Both the position numbers and the translations under genes were made by a program. From Squalus acanthias (Eukaryota), in NCBI GenBank assembly GCA_030390025.1, contig CM059431.1:96846001-96910000 (forward strand): a DNA stretch of 64,000 bases, given 5' to 3'. Position 1 is the first letter of the stretch, and each line of letters begins with the position of its first letter. The notes under the pieces were generated by a model that worked only from the letters and a program-made list of their open reading frames with translations, was not told the DNA's origin and searched no databases. This document shows positions 39,169 through 50,545 of the stretch, piece by piece.

Positions 39169-39509
39169 TGATGGTATTATGCCTGTGTCTACTCCAGCTG
39201 TGGCCCTGGGGGAAGCCCGGGTATCCTGGTGGAATGCAGTGGGGCTCACACCCCATGTAAGGCTCTTTAACCCTATTTTTCTCTGCCCAGCACTAGCGAG
39301 CACAGAGCAGAGGGAAATCCATCTTAATATGTTCAACATGTAGCAACTTGTTCGACTTTGCAACATCTGTAGAGCCTGTTCAAGTTGTTCTCATCAAGCT
39401 CCCAAAGATTACTCAACTCAACATAACACAAAACAATTCTAATTACTGGTCTTGAACCCAGTGTGCCTCTGTAGGGAGTTATACCCAGGGTGCAGGTCCA
39501 TTGCAATTA

Positions 39510-39725
39510 AGAACAGGAGGAGGCCATTCAGCCCCTCGAGCCTGTTCCACCATTCCATTAGATCCTGGATGATCTGCATCTCAATTCCATCTACCTGCCT
39601 TTCCTCCATATTCCTTGATACCCTTAACCAACAAATATCGATCAATCTCAGTCTTGAAAGCTCCAATTGACCCCCAGAATCCACAGTCTTTTGGGGGAGA
39701 GAGTTCCAGATTTCCACGTTGTGTG
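39510..39725 (-). mobile_element. Old CR1 3' fragment
   Basis: EIWNSLPQKTV motif and 3'UTR hairpin aggctcgaggggctgaatggcct. Confidence 0.8.
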
Positions 39726-40161
39726 AACAATGTAAGTGTTTATGTCATTCTGATTAGTTTAAGTGATCGATCATGCCAATTTCCTCAAATATCTTTCTAC
39801 TCGAGGCCAGTGACCAAAAATACCACCGGGCGTCTGACACTAAAATGGGACTTAGCCAGGGAGAGCCACTGAGTTCAGAGTTCAAGGAGACGGACAGGCA
39901 CAAACGCCAAGATTTGCCAAATTGGAGCCAGTCCTTGATTATTCAGGACTGAACTTCATCAGATGAAAAGCTATCCCATGGAGCTTAAACAATGATAATG
40001 TATGAGTTCTGCGGAGCTTATTGAAGTTTTTATAAAAGTGCTTTGGGATTTCTCTAGTTGCTGTAATTGCTGATGTTTTGTATCAGTCTTCCAGCCTTTT
40101 ATCCAATATGAACAAAGATCAGTCACAATCTGTTTAATGAATCATTCCCCTAAACACCAAC

Positions 40162-40233
40162 CTGTCAGCTTTTCCAGCATCTGTAAGATCTGTTCCAATT
40201 GTCTCCCTGGTGACAATGGAATTCTATTCAAAC
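40162..40233 (-). CDS. Candidate 72-nt phase 1-1 exon (LNRIPLSPGRQLEQILQMLEKLT)
   Basis: Long T-rich tract then aag acceptor, donor ACAG|gttggt; copy at 48625-48696 and decayed paralog at 39348-39416. Confidence 0.5.
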
Positions 40234-40435
40234 CTTTCATTTAAAAGATACAAGAAAAAATATCGGAAAAATGTAATAATAAATGGTATTAGCAATCGCA
40301 CAAAGAGAACTAAACCAACTGGGCTTCAGACTTCTTGTTTGGGTCACTCTACCACTTCTGGGTTTTGCCCAAGATGATTTCCGTAGTTCAGGAATTGCAG
40401 TGATTGAACGGGGCTGGTTCCAGGATCGGGTGATC

Positions 40436-43020
40436 TGTTGGAGGGGCAGTACTGAGGGAGCACCTCACTGTCGGAGGGGCAGTACTGAAGGAGTGCTGTA
40501 CTGTCGGAGGGGCAGTACTGAGGGAGCGCTGCACTGTCGGAGGGGCAGTACTGAGGGAGCACTGCACTGTCGGAGGGGCAGTACTGGGGGAGCGTTGCAC
40601 TGTCGGAGGGGCAGTACTGAGGGAGCGCTGCACTGTCGGAGGGGCAGTACTGGGGGAGCATTGCACTGTCGGAGGGGAGGTACTGAAGGATTGTTGCACT
40701 GTCGGAGGGGCAGTACTGAGGGAGCGTTGCACAGTCGGAGGGGCAGTACTGAGGGAGTGCCGCACTTTCGAAGGGGCAGTACTGAGACAGCGTTGCACTG
40801 TCGGAGGGGCAGTACTGAGGGAGCATTGCACTGTCGGAGGGGCAGCCCTGGGGGAGCGCAGCACTGTCGGAGGGGCAGCACTGAGGGAGTGCTGCACTGT
40901 CGGAGGGGCAGTACTGAGGGAGCACTGCACTGTCGGAGGGGCAGTGCTGAGGGAGTGCTATGCTGTCGGAGGGGCAGTACTGAGAGAGCGCTGCACTGTC
41001 GGAGGGGCAGTACTGGGGGAGCATTGCACTGTCGGAGGGGAGGTACTGAAGGATTGTTGCACTGTCGGAGGGGCAGTACTGAGGGAGCGTTGCACAGTCG
41101 GAGGGGCAGCCCTGGGGGAGCGCAGCACTGTCGGAGGGGCAGCACTGAGGGAGTGCTGCTCTGTCGGAGGGGCAGTACTGAGGGAGTGCTGCACTGTCAG
41201 AGGGGCAGTACTGAGGGAGCGTTGCACAGTCGGAGGGGCAGCCCTGGGGGAGCGCAGCACTGTCGGAGGCGCAGCACTGAGGGAGTGCTGCACTGTCGGA
41301 GGGGCAGTACTGAGGGAGCACTGCACTGTCGGAGGGGCAGTGCTGAGGGAGTGCTACGCTGTCGGAGGGGCAGTACTGAGGAAGTGCTGCACTGTCAGAG
41401 GGGCAGTACTGAGGGAGCGCAGCACTGTCGATGGGAGAGCGCAGCACTGTCGGAGGGGCAGTACTGAGGGAGCGCTGCACTGTCAGAGGGGCAGTACTGA
41501 GGGAGTGCTATGCTGTTGGAGGGGCAGTACTGAGGGAGTGCTGCACTGTCGGAGGGGCAGTACTGAGGGAGCGCTGCACTGTCGGAGGGGCAGTACTGAG
41601 GGAGTGCCGCACTGTCGGAGGGGCAGTACTGAGGGAGCGCTGCACTGTCGGAGGGGCAGTACTGAGGGAGTGCCACACTGTCGGAGGGGCAGTACTGAGG
41701 GAGCACTGCACTGTCGGAGGGGCAGTACTGAGGGAGCGCTGCACTGTAGGAGAGACAGTACTGAGGCAGCGTTGCACTGTTGGAGGGGCAGTACTGAGGC
41801 AGCGTTGCACTGTCGGAGGGGCAGTACTGAAGGAGCGCTGCACTGTCGGAGGGGCAGTACTGAGGGAGTGCCGCACTGTCGGAGGGGCAGTACTGAGGGA
41901 GCACTGCACTGTCGGAGGGGCAGTACTGAGGGAGCGCTGCACTGTAGGAGAGACAGTACTGAGGCAGCGTTGCACTGTCGGAGGGGCAGTACTGAGGGAG
42001 TGCCGCACTGTCGGAGGGGCAGTACTGAGGGAGTGCCGCACTGTCGGAGAGGCAGTACTGAGGGATCACTGCACTGTAGGAGAGACGGCACTGAGGCAGC
42101 GTTGCACTGTCGGAGGGGCAGTACTGAGGCAGCGTTGCACTGTCGGAGGGGCAGTACTGAGGGAGTGCTGTACTGTCGGAGGGGCAGTACTGAGGGAGCA
42201 CTGCACTGTCGGAGGGGCAGTACTGAGGGAGCGCCGCACTGTCGGAGGGGCAGTACTGAGGGAGTGCCGCACTGTCGGAGGGGCAGTACTGAGGGAGCAC
42301 TGCACTGTCGGAGGGGCAGTACTGAGGGAGTGTCGCACTGTCGGAGGGGCAGTACTGAGGGAGTGTCGCACTGTCGGAGGGGCAGTACTGAGGGAGCGCC
42401 GCACTGTCGGAGGGGCAGTACTGAGGGAGTGTCGCACTGTCGGAGGGGCAGTACTGAGGGAGCGCCGCACTGTCGGAGGGGCAGTACTGAGGGAGTGCCG
42501 CACTGTCGGAGGGGCAGTACTGAGGGAGTGCCGCACTGTCGGAGGGGCAGTACTGAGGGAGCACTGCACTGTAGGAGAGACAGCACTGAGGCAGCGTTGC
42601 ACTGTCGGAGGGGCAGTACTGAGGCAGCGTTGCACTGTTGGAGGGGCAGTACTGAGGCAGCGTTGCACTGTCGGAGGGGCAGTATTGAGGGTGTGCTACG
42701 CTGTCGATGTGCCGTCTTTCGGATGAGACACTTACCCGAGGCCCAGTCCGCCATCTCAGGTGGATGTAAAAGATCCCATGGCACTATTTTGAAGAAGAGC
42801 AGGGGAGTTCTCCCCGGTGCCTTGGCTTACATTTATCCCTCAACCAACACCTAAAACAGCTGGTCTGGTGATTGTCATGTTGCTGTTTGTGGAAACTTGC
42901 TGAGTCAATTCTCCTACATTACAGCAGAGACTATGCTTCAAACGTACTTCATTGGCTGTAAGAAATTTTGGGACGTCCTGAGGTTATTAAAGGTGCTGCA
43001 TAAATAGAAGTTATTTCTTT
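40436..43020 (+). mobile_element. Headless Deu-domain SINE with ~69 copies of the 33-bp repeat
   Basis: 33-bp array 40436-42705 followed by the Deu core and tail. The tRNA head is missing relative to the paralog at 49835. Confidence 0.85.
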
Positions 43021-43149
43021 CTTTTCCTTTTTGCTCCATTAAGTTCACACAAAATTGCTCCCTTTAACTTTACTAAATGAATTGCAGTAAATTGCTTCAG
43101 ATTGTAGTCAAACCATGTTTGAATAATAATTAGAGGCATCGAAGCTTAC

Positions 43150-43540
43150 AGCCAGAGAGAGGACAATTACCCCATCATTTCTCTGCAACCCAAAACTAAT
43201 CCCACTACCCTGCTCTCTCCATGGCTCTGGACCTTCCTCTGCTTTAAATATTTATTTACTTTTCCTTTAAAAGATGCGATGGTCTCTGCCTCAACCATTC
43301 TTGGGGCAAATCATCCCAGGCTCCAACAACCCTCCGTAAAGAAATGTCTTCTCACTCTCTTAGTGATAATTTTAAATTGATAATCCCTCATCCCTGACTC
43401 CCCAGCCAGAGGAGATAGTCTCTCCCTATTCATTCTCTCAAAACACTTCATAATTTTCTGAATCTCTGTTAAATCTCCTCTCAGCCTTCTCTGCTCCAGT
43501 GGGAATAGTCCCAGTATCTCAAGTCTCTCCTCATGACTAT
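43150..43540 (-). mobile_element. Old degraded CR1 3' fragment (duplicate at 55380-55750)
   Basis: Antisense ORF2 end motifs (ctcctctcagccttctctgctcca; ctctgcctcaacca). Confidence 0.65.
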
Positions 43541-43907
43541 AGACTATGGGGGAAAATTCAGTATCGCCCCGTATGGGGCGCCATTATCGGCCATGAGCAA
43601 AGTTTAGTGCCTGGTGCTAATTATCGCCTCTGACTGCAAACTTGGCTTTTATTGCCCCTGGAGTTGATTGGAGTGCTAAATCAGGCGCTACACACCTGTC
43701 TTAAGGCGCAAAGGCCGAGGAGCGAGGCGCTAACTCAGAGCGCGGGCGCAGCGCAGGTGCTGTCAGTTAGCGATGGAACACAGACACACTGACGCTGGAC
43801 AGTTCTTAAAGGGGAGGGTCGATCTTGCTCTCCAGCCACACCCTGCTCATTGGAGCCTTGAATCTCGGCCTGGAGAGACCTGTGCCTAAATCATCCAGCC
43901 AAGGACT

Positions 43908-45544
43908 ATGGAGAGGGTGAGAGAACGAGCTCAGCGCTTCAGCGAGCGGGCCTTGGATGCTCTGGTTGGCACGGTGGAGCGCAGAAGGTCTATACTCTTC
44001 CCTGAGAGTGGCAGGAGGCCTTTGCCGCGTGAGTACAGAAGTGTGTGGAGGGAGGTGGCTCAGAGCGTCTCCTCCAGGAGCATGGTGCCCAGGACCCATA
44101 CTCAATGTCGAAAAAAGTTCAACGACCTCACTCGGATCGTCAGGGTGAGTGGCTTTTCTTCAATACCTCTCCATCCCTCCATCTCAACCTCACCCCAATG
44201 CCCAACACTCATCCAACACCTATGGCCCTCTCATGAAACACGCACGCACATTCCACACTTTGCATACAGTAAGGGCTATTCACCTATGGGAGGCACATCA
44301 GACAAGACCATGGCTGCATACAGTAAGGGCTATTCAATTATGGGAGGCACATCAGGCAAGACCATGGCTGTATATTTACTCAGACGCCATCCTTTTTCTT
44401 GTAGGCCAAGCTATCTCATAATAGGAGACAGCAGCAACGGACGGGTGGAGGGCGGCCTCAGCTGCAACCCCTCAGCGATCTTGAGGTGCGCGTCCACAGG
44501 ATTGTGGCAAGCCAGGTGATCGGTCCCGTCGCCCCTGGAGAGGCCGACCCCGTTCTGGACAGCAATGGTAAGGTCATCACCTTTTTCTCCTCTCTCCTTC
44601 CACTTGTCCCTCACAACACCAGCCTTTGACACTTTCAATCCAACTTACTAAATCGCTGCACTCATTCCTTCCTTACTGCCCCCCTGTCTTCACGCTAAAG
44701 CCACTCTTGTACCTCCCTGCTTTCAGATGGTGATTCACCAGCTGAGGAGACGGGCCCTCAAGCTGCCAGTGGGAGTGAAGCTGCAGGCGAGGAGGAAGAT
44801 GAAGCCAGAGCATCAGCGCCACCCTCTCCCGAGGAAGCCCATGCCCACACTGGGAACATGCCTTCCCTGGAGGGGAGCAGGGGGGAAGGGTCTGATGAGG
44901 GTGAAGCTCCAGGACCCAGCGGGCTGCAGCAACACGATGGGGGTAGGGAAGCTCGGGGGCCTTCTCCCCAGAGGGAGAGTAGGCCAGCAAGTCCAGCTGC
45001 ACTGGACGCAGAGGATGAGCGGCTCATCGCTGAAATGAACACCCAGGTGGTGGGCATGCACACTGAGCTCATGGGTGCAGTGGGAAGGGTGCCCGAATGC
45101 ATTGAATCACTGGCAAGGGGTGTGGTGCACTTCGCTGTAGCACAGGCGGATGCCACGCTAAAGCTTAGTGCTGCAATTCAGCCACTGGCTGCCATGACCC
45201 CATCTCAGACAGCTCTCATGCAGACTCAGATTGAGGTAATGCGAGCACTGACTGCTGCCATCCTCGCTGGTTTGGACACATTTCCCTGGGGCTCTCACTG
45301 CGCCGCAGCAGGCCAGCAATCTGTGCTTCAGCAGATTGCTCCGGATGCTGAAGTGCTGCCCCGAGGGAGTGCCAGTGTGTCGGTCGAGCAGGGAGTTGCT
45401 GTCCTCTCTCAAGACAACAGCATTCCTGCGGCCACCACTGTCACTTCTCCATTGCACTTGCCACCGCCTGTAGGCCAGACTGCTGCCACCCATGCAGAGT
45501 TGGTGCAGTCTGCAGCCGGGCCCTCCAGGCCCAGAGCTGGTTGA
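43908..45544 (+). CDS. Harbinger Myb/SANT-like (trihelix) DNA-binding protein; exons 43908-44144, 44405-44567, 44727-45544
   Basis: RFSERAL..W.EVA..RT..QCRKKFNDL, then RTGGG. Canonical splice sites (AGG|gtgagt, ttgtag|, ATG|gtaagg, tttcag|) keep the frame. The TGA at 45542 is probably premature. Confidence 0.85.
44261..44368 (+). repeat. 54-bp direct repeat (2 copies) in Harbinger intron 1
   Basis: tgcatacagtaagggctattca..tatgggaggcacatcag.caagaccatggc occurs twice. Confidence 0.9.
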
Positions 45545-46012
45545 GGCCGTCCTTCAAGGGTATCTGCAGTCTCAGGTTCTGACAATCAGCAGCCTTCCAC
45601 CAGCCTTGCTGCAGCCACTGGGGCCCCATTACGGAGGAGCAGTAGGGTGGGAAGGGGGGGAAGTGCGCAAGGGAAGGAGATCACCCTTGAAGGGCAAAAA
45701 GTAGGAGGTGTGACAAAATGTTTGTCAATTTTTTATTAAAGGCCGAGGTTCGTGGTCAAACTTTTGTTTAGTGTTTTGGACATTATCTCCAGGTTGTGAG
45801 AACCAGTTATGTTAATGACTGTTTTTTTGTGTTTCTTTCTATTAGTTTGTCATGAAGAAATGACACAAGAGTTTGTAAAATAAATAAGTTTTTGTATTCA
45901 AAATGTATATGTTTGGTCTTTGGATTCATTGCTGCCTTGGCCGGCTTAGGGGTTGCGGGTTGGTTTCATTCATGTTGTTCTCAATGGCAGAAGCCATTTC
46001 CTCAGCAGGGGC

Positions 46013-47156
46013 CTAGAAGCGGCTTGCTATCGGCCGTTGACGGACGGCCCTTCCAGTTTCAAGATTGTGGGCCGCCCTCACGCCTTGGTGCTGCTGATGC
46101 TCATCCTCCTCCTCTTCCTCCTCCTCTTCCTCCTCCTCCTCCGGTGGTGCTCCAAGGCCTGGTGGCATTGGCTGGGTCCTGAGGATTGCCAGGTTATGCA
46201 GCATGCAGCACACAACTATGAAGAGGGAGACTCGCTCAGGCGAGTACTGCAGGGCTCCTCCTGAGTGGTCCAGACAGCGGAACCGTTGCTTGAGCACGCC
46301 GATTGTGTGCTCAACGATGTTCCTGGTTGCGAGATGGCTCTCGTTGTACCGCAGCTCAGCAGGGGTGTTGGGGGTACGGAGCGGTGTCATCAGCCAGGTG
46401 CACAGTGGATATCCCTTGTCCCCAAGAAGCCAACCACTTGGGTGATGCGGTGCCTGGAAAAGGTCTGCAGGATGAATGCATCGTGGCTGCTGCCAGGATA
46501 GCGGGCATTGACAGTGAGTATCAGCTGTCTGTGGTCACAGACCAACTGGACGTTTAAAGAGTGGAATCCCTTTCGGTTGCGGAAATCCTCTGCATTCTCA
46601 TGCGGTGCACGCAATGCCACATGCGTGCAGTCAATGGCACCCTGCACCATGGGGAAGCCCGCTATCCTCGCAAAGCCCAATGCGCATTCATGCTGTTTGG
46701 CCCGGGTCATCGGGAAAGAGATGTACTGTCGTCTCCTTTTATAGAGGGCATTTGTGACCTGACGGATGCAGCAATGGACAGCGAACTGGGAGATATTGGC
46801 GATGTCCCCAGTAGCTGCTTGAAATGAGCCGGTGGCATAAAAGTTCAGAGCCACTGTGATCTTCACTGCCACTGACAGAGACGTCCTGGACCTCAGTAGA
46901 GGCTGCAGATCTGGCTGCAGCAGGTGGCAAAGCTCAGTGACCACCTCCTTGCTGAAGCGCAGCCTTCGCAAACACTGCTCCTCAGACATATTAATGTAGG
47001 AGAATTGTTGGCGAAATACCCTGGGAGGGGAAGGTCTCCTGTAAGAGGCCTGTTGGCCCTCCTCTGTCTGGCCATGATTGCCACTCTCTCTCTGCGTCTC
47101 TGTGGCCTCCGAATCTGCAGGCGCAGGACAACGCCCCCAATCAGTGCAGCCCCCAC
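46013..47156 (-). pseudogene. Harbinger DDE transposase (HARBI1-like), frameshifted
   Basis: [41 protein letters not shown] and [16 protein letters not shown] motifs; frameshifts near 47050 and 46460; no ATG at the expected start. Confidence 0.92.
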
Positions 47157-48624
47157 AGTCTCTTGGCAATCAAAGCAATGAAGGTCAAAAACAAAAGTAC
47201 CTGCAAAGTGATGCTCAGTAGCCAAAACTACTTCACACAGCGTTGACTCTATGCAGAAATCTCTCCTTCTCTCTCTCAGAATCTCTCTCTCTGTCAGAAC
47301 GAGTGGTGCAAAAATGTCTACCACAGAAAAAGCCAGGAAGAGGCCACGTTTAAATAGCACCCCCCAGCCCCACAGTGACTGGGAAATGTTCCAGTCTACC
47401 TGTCGTTGCTTGCGCCAGGCAGAAAGGAGGGGGGCTCCACTCAATATCCGCTCCGGGGCGCCACAAGGGCGTTGCACACTCGAATGACGTCAAGATCTGC
47501 GTGCGCAGGAGATCGGGGCGGTATTGTTTAGCGCCGCCACAAAATATCTGGTCAATTTCACGAGCGGCGCAGATATCGCCGCGCCCGGGCACAAGTTGCT
47601 TTGCGCCCCATTAGCGCCCTCTTAAGGCGCTAACGGGAGGCGCAAACCAACTGAATTTTTCCCCCTATGAATTTCCTCAGACTGTCTGCCGCTGCACCAT
47701 CGTAACTTTGCAGAATGTGTGGCGGAAACTTCATCTATTTGAATAAATTGGGTTTCTGCCGTATTCCAGCGAGGTTACGATGGAAGTTGGAGGTAGATGT
47801 GCCTCCTGGCCCACGTACATCAATGTCACAGTTGTTTTGCCATATTTTCTGAGCGACCTGCAGTGGTTCCTTTATGGACTGCTGGTTCCGTCCTTCTCTG
47901 CCTAGTACCGAGTGTGCATGGCTACAGTTCATGCACTGCTACCTGAAAATTGCAATTGGCGTAGGACCTCCATTTGTACATTAGAATTGGACTCCTACCT
48001 GAAACAGGCGGGGCTCTGGACACTCATTTCCACGCTGTGTCAGGAATGGTGGTGGGCGAAGCGAGAGTGGGATCGGGAGCATTTTATCCCCTAGACATTA
48101 CCCCTTATCCCCTGCATCTCTGGGTATGGAGTCCCCGCCACATAGGGCTCTGCAGCTGCAGAACGGATAGATTCTTTGAGCGCAGCTCGAAGCCTCTCAG
48201 TCTCACATTCAGCCGGGAATCCAGGACCGGAACCTTCTGGAGATCACCGGTCAGAGGTCCCAGTTGCTCTGGAGTAGATTTGCATGAATCCGATTCCATT
48301 GGGCCATAGATGGATGGTGCAAACCCCTCCCCACCCCTAGCGAATCGTGGACGATCCACCCCCATTCCCGATCGAATCGTGCAAGTCCCTCCCCAGTGGA
48401 ATCGTGCCTGTGTCTACTTCAGGAGATGAAAAGCTATCCCATGGAGCTTAAACAATGATAATGTATGAGTTCTGCGGAGCTTATTGAAGTTTTTATAAAA
48501 GTGCTTTGGGATTTCTCTAGTTGCTGTAATTGCTGATGTTTTGTATCAGTCTTCCAGCCTTTTATCCAATATGAACAAAGATCAGTCACAATCTGTTTAA
48601 TGAATCATTCCCCTAAACACCAAC

Positions 48625-48696
48625 CTGTCAGCTTTTCCAGCATCTGTAAGATCTGTTCCAATTGTTTCCCTGGTGACAATGGAATTCTATTCAAAC
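48625..48696 (-). CDS. Candidate 72-nt phase 1-1 exon, duplicate (LNRIPLSPGKQLEQILQMLEKLT)
   Basis: One conservative R>K change; splice sites kept. Confidence 0.5.
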
Positions 48697-49834
48697 CTTT
48701 CATGTAAAAGATACAAGAAAAAATATCAGAAAAATGTAATAATAAACGGTATTAGCAATCGCACAAAGAGAACTAAACCAACTGGGCTTCAGACCTCTTG
48801 TTTGGGTCACTCTACCACTTCTGGATTTTGCCCAAGATGATTTCCGTAGTTCAGGAATTGCAGTGATTGAACGGGGCTGGTTCTAAGATCAGGTGATCCC
48901 AGTGAGAGTGCAGGTTGGGAAATTGTGGGCGCTCAGTTCTTGATTTTCCATCCAGTCGGATTAAAATCATAGGGCTGCAGCCTGTGACAGGCCGGTTTGC
49001 ACCAGACTTGACCACTGCTCCTCACTGGGGGCATCTGCTTTCGTCCCCAATCATGCAAATTCAACTCTATTACACGGATGTGTGGACCTTCCAAGATTTT
49101 TATTGGTGTCTTGGGGATTCTAGAAAAATGCAAAGCAGTGTCCTTGTTCACAGCTTGAAAAGGGGGAAATGATGAAAAGCCAATGGCATCTAATCTTCAA
49201 ATTTACTGCTCTCCAGATTAAGGCTGAAGCCCTCAAATTGCAAGAGGCAAAACTGGAATCCTGCCAAAGTTCCAGATTGAGGCCAGGAGATCGGTAGAGC
49301 CTATTTCTGCTGGGATTCCACCCCATATTTCACAGAGAGACATTTCCTGGTTTGGGGGGATGGTGGAGAGGGGAGGTCATGGGCAGATCTGCTGCCCGCA
49401 CCCCATGTCAGGAAGGTGTGTCCAGGGGGATGAACCCCATAGCTTTCCTGTAAATCCTGCCCAGAACATCCTTATAAGGCCTCAGCAGAACTCTCGCCAA
49501 CTGAAAGCTGTCATGAATCACGAAGGGGCCTACTGAAAGCCCTATAAACTCGATGGAGAAGTAATCAATTTTGAAGGGGACCCATCCCTTTACTTGTCTG
49601 CGAAAGTGGAAGATTGTTTGACCTGTTTACTTTGGGCAGTGACAGGTCTCAAGTACCTCTGGCCAAGAGCCCCTGGGCTGCTCTGACTTAGAATTGGCAA
49701 GTCGGAGCAGGCACTGCCAACTTGGGACAGAGACTTTGTGTTCGCCGTTCGATAAACTTCCAGCAAGTTCTGCTGACCTTTCTCCAATGGAACCAGTTGA
49801 TTGGAATCTCATTCTTCCAATGCTTATGCAGCAC

Positions 49835-50545
49835 TTCTGCGTCAGAAGGTTGTGGGTTCAAGTCCTACTCCAGAGATTTAAGCACAAAATCCAGGCCTAC
49901 ACGCCCAGTGCAGTACTGAGGGAGCGCTGCACTGTCGGAGGGGCAGTACTGAGGGAGCGCTGCACTGTCGGAGGGTCAGTACTGAGGGAGCGTCGCACTG
50001 TCGGAGGAGCTGTACTGAGGGAGTGCTGCACTGTCGGAGGGGCAGTACTGACGGAGTGCTGCACTATCGGAGGGGCAGTACTGAAGGAGCGCTGTACTGT
50101 CAGAGGGTCAGTACTGAGGGAGCGCTGCACTGTCGGAGGAGCAGTACTGAGGGAGCGCTGAACTGTCAGAGGGTCAGTACTGAGGGAGCGCGGCACTGTC
50201 GGAGGGGCAGTACTGAGGGAGTGCTGTACTGTCGGAGGTGCCTGTCTTTTGGATGAGACGTTTACCCGAGGCCCCGCCTGCCCTCTCAGGTGGATGTAAG
50301 AGATACCAGGCGACTATTATAAGAAGAGCAGGGGAGTTCTCCCCAATGCCTTGACCAATATTTATCCCTCAACCATAACATGGTCATTTATCTCATTGAT
50401 GTTTGTGGAAGCTTGCTGTGTGCAAATTGGCTGCTGCGTTTCTTACATTACAGCAGTGACTACGCTTGAAAAGTACTTCATTGGCTGTAAGAAATTTTGG
50501 GACGTCCTGAGGTCATGAAAGGTGCTACATAAATGGAAGTTATTT
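49835..50545 (+). mobile_element. Deu-domain SINE with partial tRNA head and ~10 copies of the 33-bp repeat
   Basis: B box gggttcaagtcc, Deu core and tail aaatggaagttattt. Confidence 0.85.

Larger units (their letters stand above)
43548..47665. mobile_element. Complete PIF/Harbinger DNA transposon (decayed autonomous element)
   Basis: TIRs GGGGGAAAATTCAGT / ACTGAATTTTTCCCCC, 3-bp TSD TAT, and an empty paralogous site with a single TAT at 55752-55754. It carries convergent Myb-like and DDE genes. Confidence 0.95.

Noticed and set aside
40436..42705. CRISPR-like appearance of the palindromic 33-bp repeats
   Set aside because: Head-to-tail units with no unique spacers, no cas genes and a eukaryotic context.
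19129..42854. ORFs of EGALHCRRGST repeats (19129-20607, 40283-42854) resembling Cys/His repeat proteins
   Set aside because: They are translations of the SINE-internal 33-bp minisatellite and are open in several frames.
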